Source: Chlorokybus atmophyticus (taxonomy: Eukaryota; Plantae; Mesostigma and Chlorokybus algae). Taken from it: a stretch of 64,000 nucleotides of DNA. The notes below the pieces were generated by a model. It had not been told where the DNA came from and searched no databases. It worked only from the letters and a program-made list of their open reading frames with translations. The DNA is taken from positions 509,742 through 573,741 of the forward strand of contig RHPI01002568.1 in assembly GCA_009103225.1 (NCBI GenBank), given 5' to 3'. The position numbers and the translations under genes are program-made. This document shows positions 12,058 to 24,019 of the stretch, piece by piece (position 1 is the first letter of the stretch; each line of letters opens with the position of its first letter).

Positions 12058-13237
12058 GTCGAAGGCTCTGAGGAGGACTCCGAGCAGGAGGAGGAGGAGA
12101 ACAGCGATGAAGGTGTGCTGGACTACTGTTGCCTTGAAGGAGCCACGGCTGAGGATGACGCTGCTCAGCCTGCTAGTAGTAGCAGGCATGCATGAGCTGT
12201 CCTGTGTTGGGGTTGGTGGCGGAAGAGTGAGCCTTTCTAGGGCCAAGATACAGAGATAGCAGAGCCTCGGACAAGAACGGAGGTCAGCAGAAAAATGCAT
12301 GGCAACGCATCTCCGAGATTGGAGAGTCCCCATCGGAAATGCCGCTGCGACTGGGTCGTTGTGTCAGGCACACAGGCGGTGGGAGCAACTCGCCGACGCA
12401 CGAGTCGCGCTTCAGAAAGATGTGTTGACTGCCTCAACCCTGTCAAGCACCAGAAACGTGCCTTCCATTCCATGCCTGTTGGCGATGATGGCCCCCATCA
12501 AACCGAGTACCGGTAAGGTCACCCGTGGTGAATCAGCACGGGTGATGCGCCGCGCTGCGTGCCCCCAACCTCTCCATCCATCAGCGACATCGTGTTTATC
12601 CACCCGCCCGTTGCTGACAGGTCTCCAAGCTCGTCAGTAGTGATGTGCCGCGCGCCTCTCTGCTGTGTGTGATAAGACGGGCGTGGTGTGACTTTACTGC
12701 TGACAGACTCGTGACAAGGCGCCCGGACAGTGTGTCGTGACGCATGCACTCGCACAGTAACGGGGGTCTTCCCCTGTCAGCAAAGCTGTCAAGCTGTCAT
12801 TGAGCATGCCGCCCTGCGCACGACCTCAATGGCATCCACCAAGACGATGTCGACAACCTCCGGCGGGATTTTTGACTGCTGACACGCACTGAACTCGACA
12901 ACGGCTGTGTCGCTGCTGTGGCATGCTGTTCTCCGGGCCTAGCCTGTGTGAGTGTGAGCCCCGTGGCATGCATGCAATTGGTAGGCAGAGACTCTGGCGC
13001 ACTTCGCCTTGAGAAACTTGAGCAATCAAGCACACCAGCTGGCTGGCTCAACACCAAGTGCGTGAAAATCCATGCATGCATGCATGCAAGGAGTCTCATC
13101 TTACTCACTGCTTCATCAATCACGCAGCAGTGCTAGTCGAATAATGCTGCAAACTGGCACCAGTACACGACTAGAAGTACACCACATGCTCATATGCACG
13201 CATACACAAACACACGCACTGGTGGCAGGAGGCGGCG

Positions 13238-16200
13238 ATGGGGTGCGTGTACAGCGCGGTGCGGATGGCCGCCGAACACCGCCGCCAGGACAAGGACACC
13301 ACCACCAACAAGGCGAAGGAGGAGGAGGCCGACAACGGGGCATACCACTACGACCGACTTCATAGCACTCTCCAGCAGCAGCAGCAGGTGACAGTCACCA
13401 ACGCCGCTGCACCTGGTCGCCCGCCTGGGCACGCCGAGGCCCCTGCTGCGGCTCCTGAAGCACATCCTCCTGCTCCTGCTCCTGGTGATAAGCGTGGCCG
13501 TGATGGTGGTGATGACGACGCCTGGACTTTTGGGTACGCTCGGGATGTCAGGGAGAAGTACGACTTCGGGGACAACGTACTTGGTCAGGTGGGTGTTTGC
13601 CAAGACAGTGCCCGGAACGTGGATGCCTACTTGTGCTTGTGCTAGCCAGTGGGGATGAGTGAACGAGTGGACCAGTAAGTGCATGCATGCAATGGGAGGC
13701 CTTGCCATGGCACACATTGCGCCGCTGCAAAGTGCCGCTGGCCTGTAGTGTCCTTGCTGTTAGCCTTGTGCTGATCAAGTTCACTATGCACTGTGAGAAG
13801 GCGCTCGTTGTAGCATAGCAGCGTCAGGCAGCGACTGTGTGTGCACTGCTGTTTGCGTATCTGCCTTTTCATCCTTGGCAATGCAACAGCGCAACTTGAT
13901 TTGTGACCTTACCGCATAGTGCATGCAAACCATAACCACACGCGCGCATTGCCACCAAGCAGGGGTCGTTCGGGACGACCTACCGCGGTGTGGACCGTCG
14001 CACGGGGGAGGCCGTCGCCATCAAGGCCGTCAACAAACAAGCCATGCGCATGCGGTAAAGCACACCACACATGCGTGTTTGATTGCAAACCACACTCTCG
14101 CACACATACACACAGAGAGTCTCTCTCCCCTGGCAGGGGTGACGACCCGGCTTTCCTGAGGAAGGAGGTGGAGTTCCTTTCCAAGTGTTCCGGTCTCGAC
14201 AGCGTGGTGAGGACGCACGGCGCCTACGAGGACGCCGACCACGTCTACATCGTCATGGAGCTGTGCACGGGCGGGGAGCTGTTCGACCGCATCGCAGGAC
14301 GGTGAGTGCAATGTGGGGGGCGTGTGTGGGTGGGTGGGTGGAAGATGATGGTGGACTGTGGTAGGGGGAAGTTGACGGAGAGGGAGGCCGCGTGTCTCAC
14401 GAGGCAGATGCTCAAGGCGGTAGCGCTATGCCACACAGAGGGCACCGTCCACAGAGACCTCAAACCAGGTGCGTGTGGAGGTTTGTGCGTACACGTGAAT
14501 GATATCCTGTCTAAGAGCTGGGCACAGACGGCGTGCACGAAAGATTCACAGCTTGGCTATGAGTGCAGAGAATTTTGTGTTCGAGAGCGCAGCCGAGGAC
14601 GCCAAGCTGAAGATGATAGGTACAGCCTGTGTTGTCATAAATACTCTCTTGTCACCATGAACGACAGTTGTCCAACATAAAGAAAGAAACGCTCATACTC
14701 ACCTGCGTGCTGCACTTGAGTTCTGGTGCATGGACCGTACCTCACTCTGTCCTGTGGTTTTGGACAGACTTTGGTCTGGCAGGCCAGCTATCCCTCACAT
14801 CAGGTGAGTAACACACTGCTCACAACCCTCTTGCAAGCACACGACTTGTTACCCCAACACCCACCCACGCTGCAGTGGTCCCGCTGTCCGGCACGGTCGG
14901 CACGCTGTTCTACATGGCCCCCGAGGTCGTCCTCGGCCGCCGCTACGACATCCGCGCGGACGTCTGGAGCGTCGGCGTCATCGCCTACGTCATGCTCGCC
15001 GGCGCGTACCCGTTCCACGGACGATCGGAGGCGGAGGCCATCTCCAGCATCGCCTTCGACACGGTGTGCGCGCGTGCGCGCGTGTGTATGTGAAGCAGGG
15101 AGAGGTTGTTTATTGATTTATCGAGTGTGTGGTTCATACAGCCGGACTTTACGTCAGTGCCGTGGAAGAAAGTCAGCGGGGATGCCAAGCAGCTGCTGAT
15201 GCTGATGCTGTGCAAGGACCCGCACGCGCGTCCCACCGCGGCCCAGTGCTTGGGTAAGAGTCGTGTAGGCGTTGATGCAGACATGCACATACACAAACGC
15301 GCACACCAACACAAATCAAGCACACAAGTACATCATTTGGCGTACTATCTCTTGTACCCCTGTGTGTATGCGCGCATGCATCCACCCACCCACGCGCGCG
15401 CATACACGCACACACGCACACACTCACTCTTTGCTTGTGCTGTGCGCAGCGCACCCGTGGCTGAGAGAGGATGGCGGTGTCACTTCCACCAACGTGCCCC
15501 TCGACGTGAGCGTGGTCGTGCTGATGCACCGCTTCCAGCGCGCAGGACCCATGACACGCCTCGCACTCAGGGTAAGATACACAAATCACCAACCCCATTC
15601 CCACCCTATTGCACCCACACACATGTGTCCACCATCCCACTTCCCGTCTAGGCCATGGCGGACACGACCGGGTTCAAGCCCGGGGCACGCCCCGACGTGG
15701 AGGCGCAGTTTCGGGCGTTTGACACGGATGGCGACGGCGTCATCACGCTCAAGGAGTTCGCGGAGGTGAAGTGTGCGTTGTGTTGTGTTGAGTTGGGTTG
15801 TTGTGCGTGTGGTGATGCTGACGAGTATGGTGGGACTGGTTGAGGTGGTCATCATGATGTGCAGGCCGCGAGCAAGATCATGGGCAACGTCATACCGCTC
15901 GACACCTGCAAGGAGATCTTCAAATCGGTACGTGAGAACAGGTTGCTGCTCAACAAGACACACGTGCACACGCGCACATGCAAACAGACGAGCACGTGTG
16001 CACATGCACGCCCACGCGTACACGCCCATCACACACGCACGCGCGCTCTCAGTCACACAAGTCGACTACCACGCACGCAAACTTGCACACCCTCCCCCCC
16101 NNNNNNNNNNNNNNNNNNNNNNNNNNNNNNNNNNNNNNNNNNNNNNNNNNNNNNNNNNNNNNNNNNNNNNNNNNNNNNNNNNNNNNCCCCCCCCCAGGTC

Positions 16201-16539
16201 GACTACGACCAGACGGGCAAGATCTCCTTCGACGAGTTTCTGTGCGCCACCATCCGCATGCGTCAGTGGCGTCACTGGCAGGGTCCCCTGGGCTCCTTCG
16301 CCCCCGCCGCCCGTCGCGCCTTCGACGCCCTCGACAAAGACGCCGACGGATTCGTCACGCGCGACGACCTCGCGCGGGTCCTCCCTATCGACCAGGTGGA
16401 GGAGGCGATCGAGGAGGGAGATGAGGATGGGGATGGGAAGATCGGAGTCGAGGACTTTGCGCTCGTGCTGGAGAGAGCGGATGATGTGGTGGAGAGACTC
16501 ACGGGGGCTATACCCGCGAAGGATGAGACAGGAGTGTGA
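13238..16539 (+). CDS. CDPK: Calcium-dependent protein kinase (12 exons)
   Basis: The MGCVYS N-terminus suggests myristoylation/palmitoylation. Spliced kinase motifs are LGQ|GSFGTTY, VAIK, HRDLKP|EN, I|[14 protein letters not shown] and DVWSVG, followed by a junction domain and four EF-hands ([48 protein letters not shown]). All junctions are frame-consistent. Confidence 0.93.
16094..16195. other. Assembly gap (N 16101-16186) flanked by poly-C in the last CDPK intron
   Basis: N run bounded by C homopolymers just before the CAG acceptor at 16195-16197. Confidence 0.95.
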
Positions 16540-18482
16540 GTTGCGGTTGTGCGCGGTGATTGTGATGGGTGTGTGGGTATGTGCATATGTGCGCCAGCAA
16601 CTTGTTCACCCTGTGTATATATGTGGCTGTGACTATGCAGGCAAGAGAAGTGTGTTTGTGTGTATCATGTGATACACACCCCTTTGTGTCATGTGTAGAA
16701 AATATGCAATGCTGTGCATGTGTTTACTAAGCACAATGGTATGCCATATGAGTTACTGGTCATTCTCGAGATGCATCAACAGATATTCAAATAACACAGC
16801 TGATGTTTCGAGATGCATGCGCAATATAGCTACAGACGTGCGAGCACATGTGCTATGTGACAGTAACGCATGGTTACCACACATAGCATAGCATAGCATT
16901 GCATATACGCTACACAGTATGGTATCTCTGTCGTTCTCGTCCAATGGCGGTGAGGGGTAATGCCAATTTGCATTGCCTGATTGGTATGGATGTTAACGCC
17001 ACAGCGATGACAACGATGAGGCGAGCGCAGCAGCAAGAAAGCATGCGGTGGCGGTGACAAGCCAAGCTAAATCACTGATGTGCGCAGTGTTATCATTAAA
17101 ACATTTTCGTGTCCAAGCGCACGCGCACATATCATTGGGACGCGTACAAGCACAGTGGAGGGTAGGTAGCATGCAAGCGCACGGCTTAGCCCCGTGGCCG
17201 TGTGTGACATTGAGGTGAGTGATCTGGTGCAGTGTGAGGTGTACATACAATGTGGCGTATGCATGCGCATGCAAAAAACATGCAAAGTGTAGGCAACATA
17301 CAGCATGCAGGCAGTCGTGTGTTGCACGTGTTGTGCACTACGCATGTGCATATATAAAGGGTATGGTACTATGGCAACATGCATGGTGTGCGGGCAATGT
17401 GCGTATTCCCCTTGGCATCTTTTGTACACCGTGTTTTTGTATAGTCACCACGCCTCGTATATACCTACCAATCATGGTGACGCTGGTTGTCGCTGTCAAC
17501 ATGTGATGGAGTTGCATGTGCACGTAGACCGGCTGTATCTGAAGTGATGCAAGCTGGCGGCTGTGCTCAGTGTGACGCCCAGTACTACATACCATATAGA
17601 GTATTATCTGGGGCCAAGATAAATGGGTGCTCGGTATTGTAGTGTGTGGCATGTACAAACAATGCGAAACGCACGTGCATACGTGTGCGTGTTGGCTGCG
17701 CCGCGCAGCCAACAGTATGATACTACACTGCATACGATGCTAGACACCCAACACCTACTCCGCATCCTGTACACATTATGGTATGCGCATGCATGCGCAC
17801 ATGCACGTGCAGACACGCGCGCGCGCATGGACACACTACTCAGCGCTGCTGACGTGAGCACTGCGACACCGCTGAGGGGTAAGCAGCGGCGAAGGTTCGG
17901 GAGAACAAGACTGTGGGAAAAGAGAGAGAGTGGCGGAGAGGGTGAAGGAGAGAGAGGGAGGGAGTCCTGCTCGTCTGCACGTTGCCGCTGCTGCCGTGGA
18001 CCACAATCGACCAGGCCCTGTGTGGGCAGGTATTACGTTTGGCTGAACGCCGGAATGCATTTCTAACGGGTGGGCAGTAGAGTAGTTGTAGTGAGTATAG
18101 TTGAGCTCGGTGCTGGCATGCTTGATGGTGAGTTTGTGGACTGCGCATACATGTGGCAACATGTGCCTAGCACCTTAGAGATTACAGGCACATAATGCAG
18201 CCACACGACTGCCTAGGCCTAGGCCTAGGCCTAATTGCAACTGCGTAGAGTGCAGCTTACTTGCCTTGTGAACACAATGCATGCACCATCATCTCGATGT
18301 CGGCGGAAGCAGTTGAGGCATCCAGGCTTCCGGTTTTTTGCCATCCTTCCTTGGTTCCTTCCGCAACCGCTACCCGTTACGCCGCTCTCAGATACGCAAT
18401 GTGATGCGGACACCGTGTCCCGGACACGGCATGTTGTCTTGCCTTGTTTATTGAAAATGATTGGCACCGTATCCATATAACC

Positions 18483-20016
18483 ATGGAGATCACCGGCGGG
18501 GGCGGCGGCGGCGGCGGCAGCGGCGGGGTGAGGTACGTCATCGCGCAGAGCGCCTACGTCAAGCTTGTGCTCCATGCTCTCAAGTACTCTCACCAGGTGC
18601 GGTGCCTCTCTTTCTCTATCGCAGCTGTATTGGTGAATGATGATGGTGATGATGATGATGGTGGTGGTGGTTGCAATGCTGTGCTCTTCTTTTGCCTGAA
18701 GAGTATAACCTGACGACATATGGGTCGCGCACACAATGGGGATAAGCACACGAAATAACCAACAATGAGAAGTCCGCCTGTAGCCTGTATTGCATTTTTG
18801 GGTGGCTCAGGAAACAGGCGCATGTTTACACGCAATGCGCAGTCGATGAGCGTTTTACATCAAATTTGTTATGGGTATGTGTCGGTTCCAATTGTGTAAT
18901 GTTACGACTTAGTTATAATTTACCACCCATGCGCAAGCGATGATTTGCATGGCTAGTGCAGAGTCGAGCAATTGGTACATCAATCTCTCATGCATTTGGT
19001 AGCCTTTTGGTTGTCGTGTCTTTTCCCCTTCACGTCTGCATGTCATGCGAATAGCAACATCAGAGCAAAAAGCAACACCCACCCACACCACACTGCATCA
19101 TCAGGCGGTGAACGGGACGCTGGTGGGCCGCGTTGTCCCCGCCTCATCAGGCGACAAAAAAGCCACAACAACAACCACAGTGGAGCTGCTGGACGCCGTG
19201 CCGCTCTTCCACCAGGACCTAGCCCTGGCACCCATGCTTGACATCGCCCTCTCACAAGTGCGTGTGTCTGTTATGTACATGGGCGCATGTGATCATATGT
19301 GTGTGCATGCGTGCGAGTGCTGTCCTCCCAACTATATCTAACAGGTGGATGAGCATTTCACACGGAACGAGAGGCTGTCGATTGTCGGCTACTACCACGC
19401 GAACGAGCGCGCGGACGACGTGGAGCTTGGTGCCACAGCCCAGAAGATCGGCGACCGTGTGTACAACAACAATGATGCCGCATGCATCCTGCTGGTAAAC
19501 ACACTGCCTCTCTTCTGCTGTGAGTGTTTGGCTGACACCAGCATGAGTCTGAGCCTTCTGTGTGCACGCGTACAGGTGGATAACAGGAGGTTATCTACAG
19601 TTGATAGCGCAAAACCCTCACAGCTCGCAGTTCAGGTCAGCAGTGTGTATATTGTCATGGTATACAGATACTATGACAATATCAACTCACACCGCTGTGG
19701 ACGTATGATATGCTTTCTCGTGTGATGCAGTTGTACACGCGTGAGCGAGGGAGGAAATGGGAGCTGCAGCCGCAGGGGCCGGTGGTGAAGGAGGGCAGCG
19801 CGGGGTCCGTCCTGGCCAATTACATTCAGGAGCGGCGGTACGCGCGGCTCGTGGACTTTGACGATCACCTTGACGACATTGCCAGGTGTGGATGGACAGT
19901 GCGAGAATGTCTCCTCTTTCTCCTAAAGTGTGGTGTGCACTGTTTCAAAAATGATCTGACCTGTTGTGTTGCCCGTTGACTGCAGGGATTGGCTGAATTC
20001 TACTCTGCTCAGTTGA
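18483..20016 (+). CDS. EMC8: ER membrane protein complex subunit 8/9 (UPF0172), 6 exons
   Basis: Exons 18483-18596, 19105-19257, 19345-19494, 19576-19635, 19731-19885, 19986-20016. Motifs: AYVKLVLHALKY, AVNGTLVG, DAVPLFH, LAPMLDIAL, IVGYYHANE, LVDFDDHLDDIARDWLN. Confidence 0.92.
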
Positions 20017-20329
20017 CAGTTGCAATAGTGAGTAAACATTACGTTGTAACATAAAGCATAATCCTGATACGCAGCATTGCACGTACCAGACTGCGCACCT
20101 GGGCAATTCTGTTCTGCATGGTTTGTATACGGCAATGCTTGTGTATCTACTGCAGTGTGTACCCCAAGCCTTCCCTAAGTGCAGACTTGGTGCAAGCAAT
20201 TAATGTCAGGCCCTTTGTGGCCATGAAAGGCCACAGCGGACCTGTTTGGCAATGAGTTGCGGTGCAATAAGGTAGCTGATACAGGCTTGCACCAACGCCC
20301 TCCTAAGTTGTCATGACACATCACAGCGT

Positions 20330-21324
20330 TGTGCTGCTGAACCTCTCGTCTTGCCCATGGTAGACACTCATTAAACGAACCTTGGCCAACGTCAGGAAGG
20401 CACAATCATATCTGCCTAGGTAGAGTAGAGAGGCCCGAATTGTAGCTGACACAGGACATTACGTTCCAATAAACATGTACACAACTGCACATATGTCTGT
20501 GGTAAGCACCATGTGTTGCAAACATTTATGATGCCTGCACTTTTATTCACCCTTGCTGCAGCAAGCGATTTGGCCAATACTCAAAACCTGGCTGCAGAGT
20601 AAGCTGTTTGCAAGGCCTGCCCACAGACAACCTGTCCAAAACCTTGGCAAGGGTTGTGGCTACCATTACGGCATCTAATGAATCAATCTGAGCGCAATTG
20701 GCCAATTGCTACAACATGTATCCTGCATGTCATCTTTCACATGCCTCCTCCCGGCAACGCGCGTACACATGCGGCACAGCGCAGGGCGCTTCGCACCTGC
20801 TTTCTAGCTTGCTCGTTGGCATATTGGGCAGGCTTTCTGAAGGCGAGAAGTGAGGCAACTCCGCAACCGCGGAGAGAGCTTCTGCACACTCAATGTTCTG
20901 CGCGTCCAGCTGACCTTTGGTGGTAGGCACCGTATCAACCGGGCGTTGGCACGCGGGCGAGACTTCTCTTATCAGAACAGCTGTCTCTGGAAGATTGCAA
21001 GCCGAAAGCGTGGAGTTCTCGTCTTGTGCAGCACTCTGCTTCGGCTTTAGGTACCACTCGTCGTCCGTTGCGGCAATAGGCTCAAGTAACCTCGCGGCTA
21101 CTTCGCTCCCCTTCTTGCCTGTCAGCAACTTCCTGCACATGCGCAAGAGCATCTGGGCATATGACCAGGCAGTCAATCGCATGCGCCTATGCAAGCCATG
21201 CACTGCAAGAGTATGGGTACAGAACTTTGAGCACAGAATGCCGCATGTAAGTGTATTTGAAACAGCGCTGTCTTGAGTTACCACAAGCTTGAGTTGATAC
21301 CTGTACAACTTGGTGACTATTCAT
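20330..21324 (-). CDS. Hypothetical spliced protein directly downstream of nagZ
   Basis: There is a 192-codon open frame at 21308-20730, a further open exon-like block (QLANCAQIDSLDAVMVATTLAKVLDRLSVGRPCKQLTLQPGFEYWPNRLLQQG, about 20700-20550) ending at a GT donor, and a candidate last exon YDCAFLTLAKVRLMSVYHGQDERFSSTTL*. The junctions are not uniquely resolved and I recognise no family. Confidence 0.3.
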
Positions 21325-23355
21325 GAGAGAATGATAGCCTTTTTGCTGTTCAACAACAAGAATACTCCAGCCAGAAATGCTGACACCAAAAGCTTCCTGC
21401 AGACGGTTTATGCAACTCAACTACAACTGCAGAGCGTGGTTACAACGGAGCTGTGAGGACCATACCAGGACATGCACAGCATTGGTGCATTGTGATGCAT
21501 GATGATTACCTGCGAACCGGAAGCTGGGGTTGTCGTTGATGATGCAACATTGTGAGCGGTGGCATCTCCCGCTGCAGTATTTTGGCAACAGCCTCCTGAT
21601 GCTGCACAATGCACGCAGTCAGTGCATGAGCACGCGAGCCAAGGCTGCTTGTAGAGACATGCACGCAATGCGCTCAGTCAACCAAGGGAACTACTGACCT
21701 GTCGACAACCAATCAACTGCAAGCGATCAGTAGCAACTGCGTCTGTTAGTGGTTGCCTTGCATAGTTTGTCATCATGCGATCAACCCGCCTGCCAGCCTC
21801 CAATACTTTGGAATACGCAATCTGTACAAGTAGCAGTGAGGAACACTGTGAGAACCACTTGTGTAATGCCATAGCCAAGCTGCAGCTTTCGGCAAAGCGC
21901 TTGCCCTCACCTTTCCTGTCCGTACGGCGTCCATGATTGCTGCTATGGCTTCATTCTGTTTGTCCTCCGTATGACAGACAAGGAACATGTCAATGCCCGC
22001 TTGTAGGCCGGCTATCACTGCCTCATCAACGGAGTGATGGTTTGTGATCGCGCCCATTTCCAAGTCATCGGTCATGATGACACCATTGTACTTCATGCCT
22101 TTCCGCAACACCTGCCATAGCACGCAAGCTCATGATGACGCAAACCTTCCCCACACACAGTCAATATCAATCACACGCACACTGATAGCGCCTTGGCTCA
22201 TTGAGGCAGGTCGTCCCGTGTCTTCTGGGCCGCCAAGCTCCAGAACAGGTACAGCAACATGGCTAGCCATGACGGCTGCAACATTGGCGGCCACTGCGGC
22301 CTGGAATGGTCGCAGCTCGACAGTGCGCAACCTCTCCAAATCATGGGATAGTGTTGGAAGCACCAAATGGCTGTCCTGAGACGTGTCACCATGACCAGGA
22401 AAGTGCTTCGCACAGGCCGCCACACCCTCGGATTGTATGGCCTTTATGAACGCAGCACCTGCGTTGTCAAAGCTGTAGTGCATGTAAAGGAATGCGAGTG
22501 AGGAGGGTCATAATCGTTTTATGTTATTTAGAGCAAGTATTAAAATCTGCTTACCCATATCAGCTACCACATCTGGCTGAGATCCAAATGCACGGTCCCC
22601 AATGACAGGATTCTTGGGGTTGGTGTGAATATCAACAACGGGAGCGAGATCAACATCAATGTTTGCCGCACGCAACTCCCTAGACGAGCACCAGGTCAGC
22701 ATGACATGCAGAAACCTGCAGTTGCACGACATATCCATGTGGCAACACACGCCACTTGCACCAAACCACGGGCGGCATTACCTGCCGAGTACATGGCCGG
22801 CAACAGCAGCGTCGGATGCATGACCAAGTGCACCAACTATGCGCGCAGCTGGGATTGTGGTGAACGGGGCGCCAAGTCTAGCAACACGTCCACCCTCCTG
22901 ATCTACCATGACAAGCAACTGCCTACCCCCTGCTTCACGCTTCAAGGCTGCACATAGCTCCGAAACCTGGACCACGGCAACATCGCATTGCGGGGCTACA
23001 GTCATTGCATAAGCAAGAAGCAACATTGCATTCAGCATACCTGCTTATGGTTCTCAAAATTGCGCTTGAACAGAATCGCTCCACTAGCACCTACACATTA
23101 TGGCAAGCACTTCAGACGTTCTGCTGTCGTGCAATTGGGCAGCGACTGGGCAATGGCAGCTCAATTCATCAAGCTTCAGCAACACAAGCCAAACACATGC
23201 TCAGATGTATAGACGCGACCAAGCTGATGTTGCTGCCGGTACTCACCGCGAGAGATCATCCGCTTGGCGTGATCGTTCACGGTGGTCCCTGCCCCGTCGA
23301 ACCCGAAGACAAGCAGCTTAGCTGCGGCCGCCTCGAGGTCCGCCGGCGTCGCCAT
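21321..23355 (-). CDS. nagZ: GH3 beta-N-acetylglucosaminidase of NagZ type (about 10 exons)
   Basis: MATPADLEAAAAKLLVFGFDG, GASGAILFKRN, VDQEGGRVAR, APVVDIHTNPKNPVIGDRAF, the NagZ signature KHFPGHGDTSQDSH and the nucleophile region IMTDDLEMGA. All introns are GT-AG and in frame. The 3' end is either an unspliced stop at 21504-21506 or, via intron 21507-21397, a last exon ending at TGA 21323-21321. Confidence 0.88.
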
Positions 23356-24019
23356 GACGGCAGCAACGCCGGACGACAGGGATGCTCCCAGCTTGCCTCC
23401 AGGCCAGCCAGCCAGCCAGCAGCGCTCACCTTAAGCTAAGCAGGAAACCAAATTTACATACAATCTTAACTCGCCAGTGGTCGCATTGCTCTCCTATGTA
23501 ACAGCAGCCTGAATTACTGACGACAACATCAACCACCACCTCCTGGTCGCCGCTGCTGCCGCCACCGCCCACAGCTCAGACGAGCTAGTGTTGTCTGCTT
23601 CAAGCGTTGTCGTAGTGCAGGCATGCGCACTGCGAATGTCCCGCCAGAGCCGCAACCGGGCGTCGCAACAAACCATATGAGACCATTGCGTGCAGCGTCC
23701 GTCAGCTTTGGCCACTGTTTAGTAGGCGGCGGCGGGCGAGGTGAGTTGCTTGGCGTATGGTTTAAGGGGAGCTGTGTGTTTGAGACATGTGCACGTGCCT
23801 GAGCTTGTAGGCACGTAATCGTAGAGTAGTGGAAGACCACGGTGCCTACGTTGCAGCTCGCAAGCTTCACCGTTTTAAATGAGAGCAAGCTGTTGACAGC
23901 GGTGCCGTGTTGTCTACATTGGCACTTGCATGCATCTACAATATCAGCTTGTCAATCAACTATCACAGTTGGTCGTTCCTGTTTGTTAACACGCACTCGT
24001 CAGCCTTTCAGCTTGAAAC

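Noticed and set aside
16600-18450. Cys/His/Ala-rich ORFs and a possible small minus-strand gene (MAKNRKPGCLNC...)
   Set aside because: These mostly derive from CA/TG-rich low-complexity sequence, and no supportable model emerged.
23494-23888. Upstream ORFs as a NagZ transit peptide
   Set aside because: An in-frame stop lies just upstream of the NagZ ATG, and I found no frame-preserving splice to join them.
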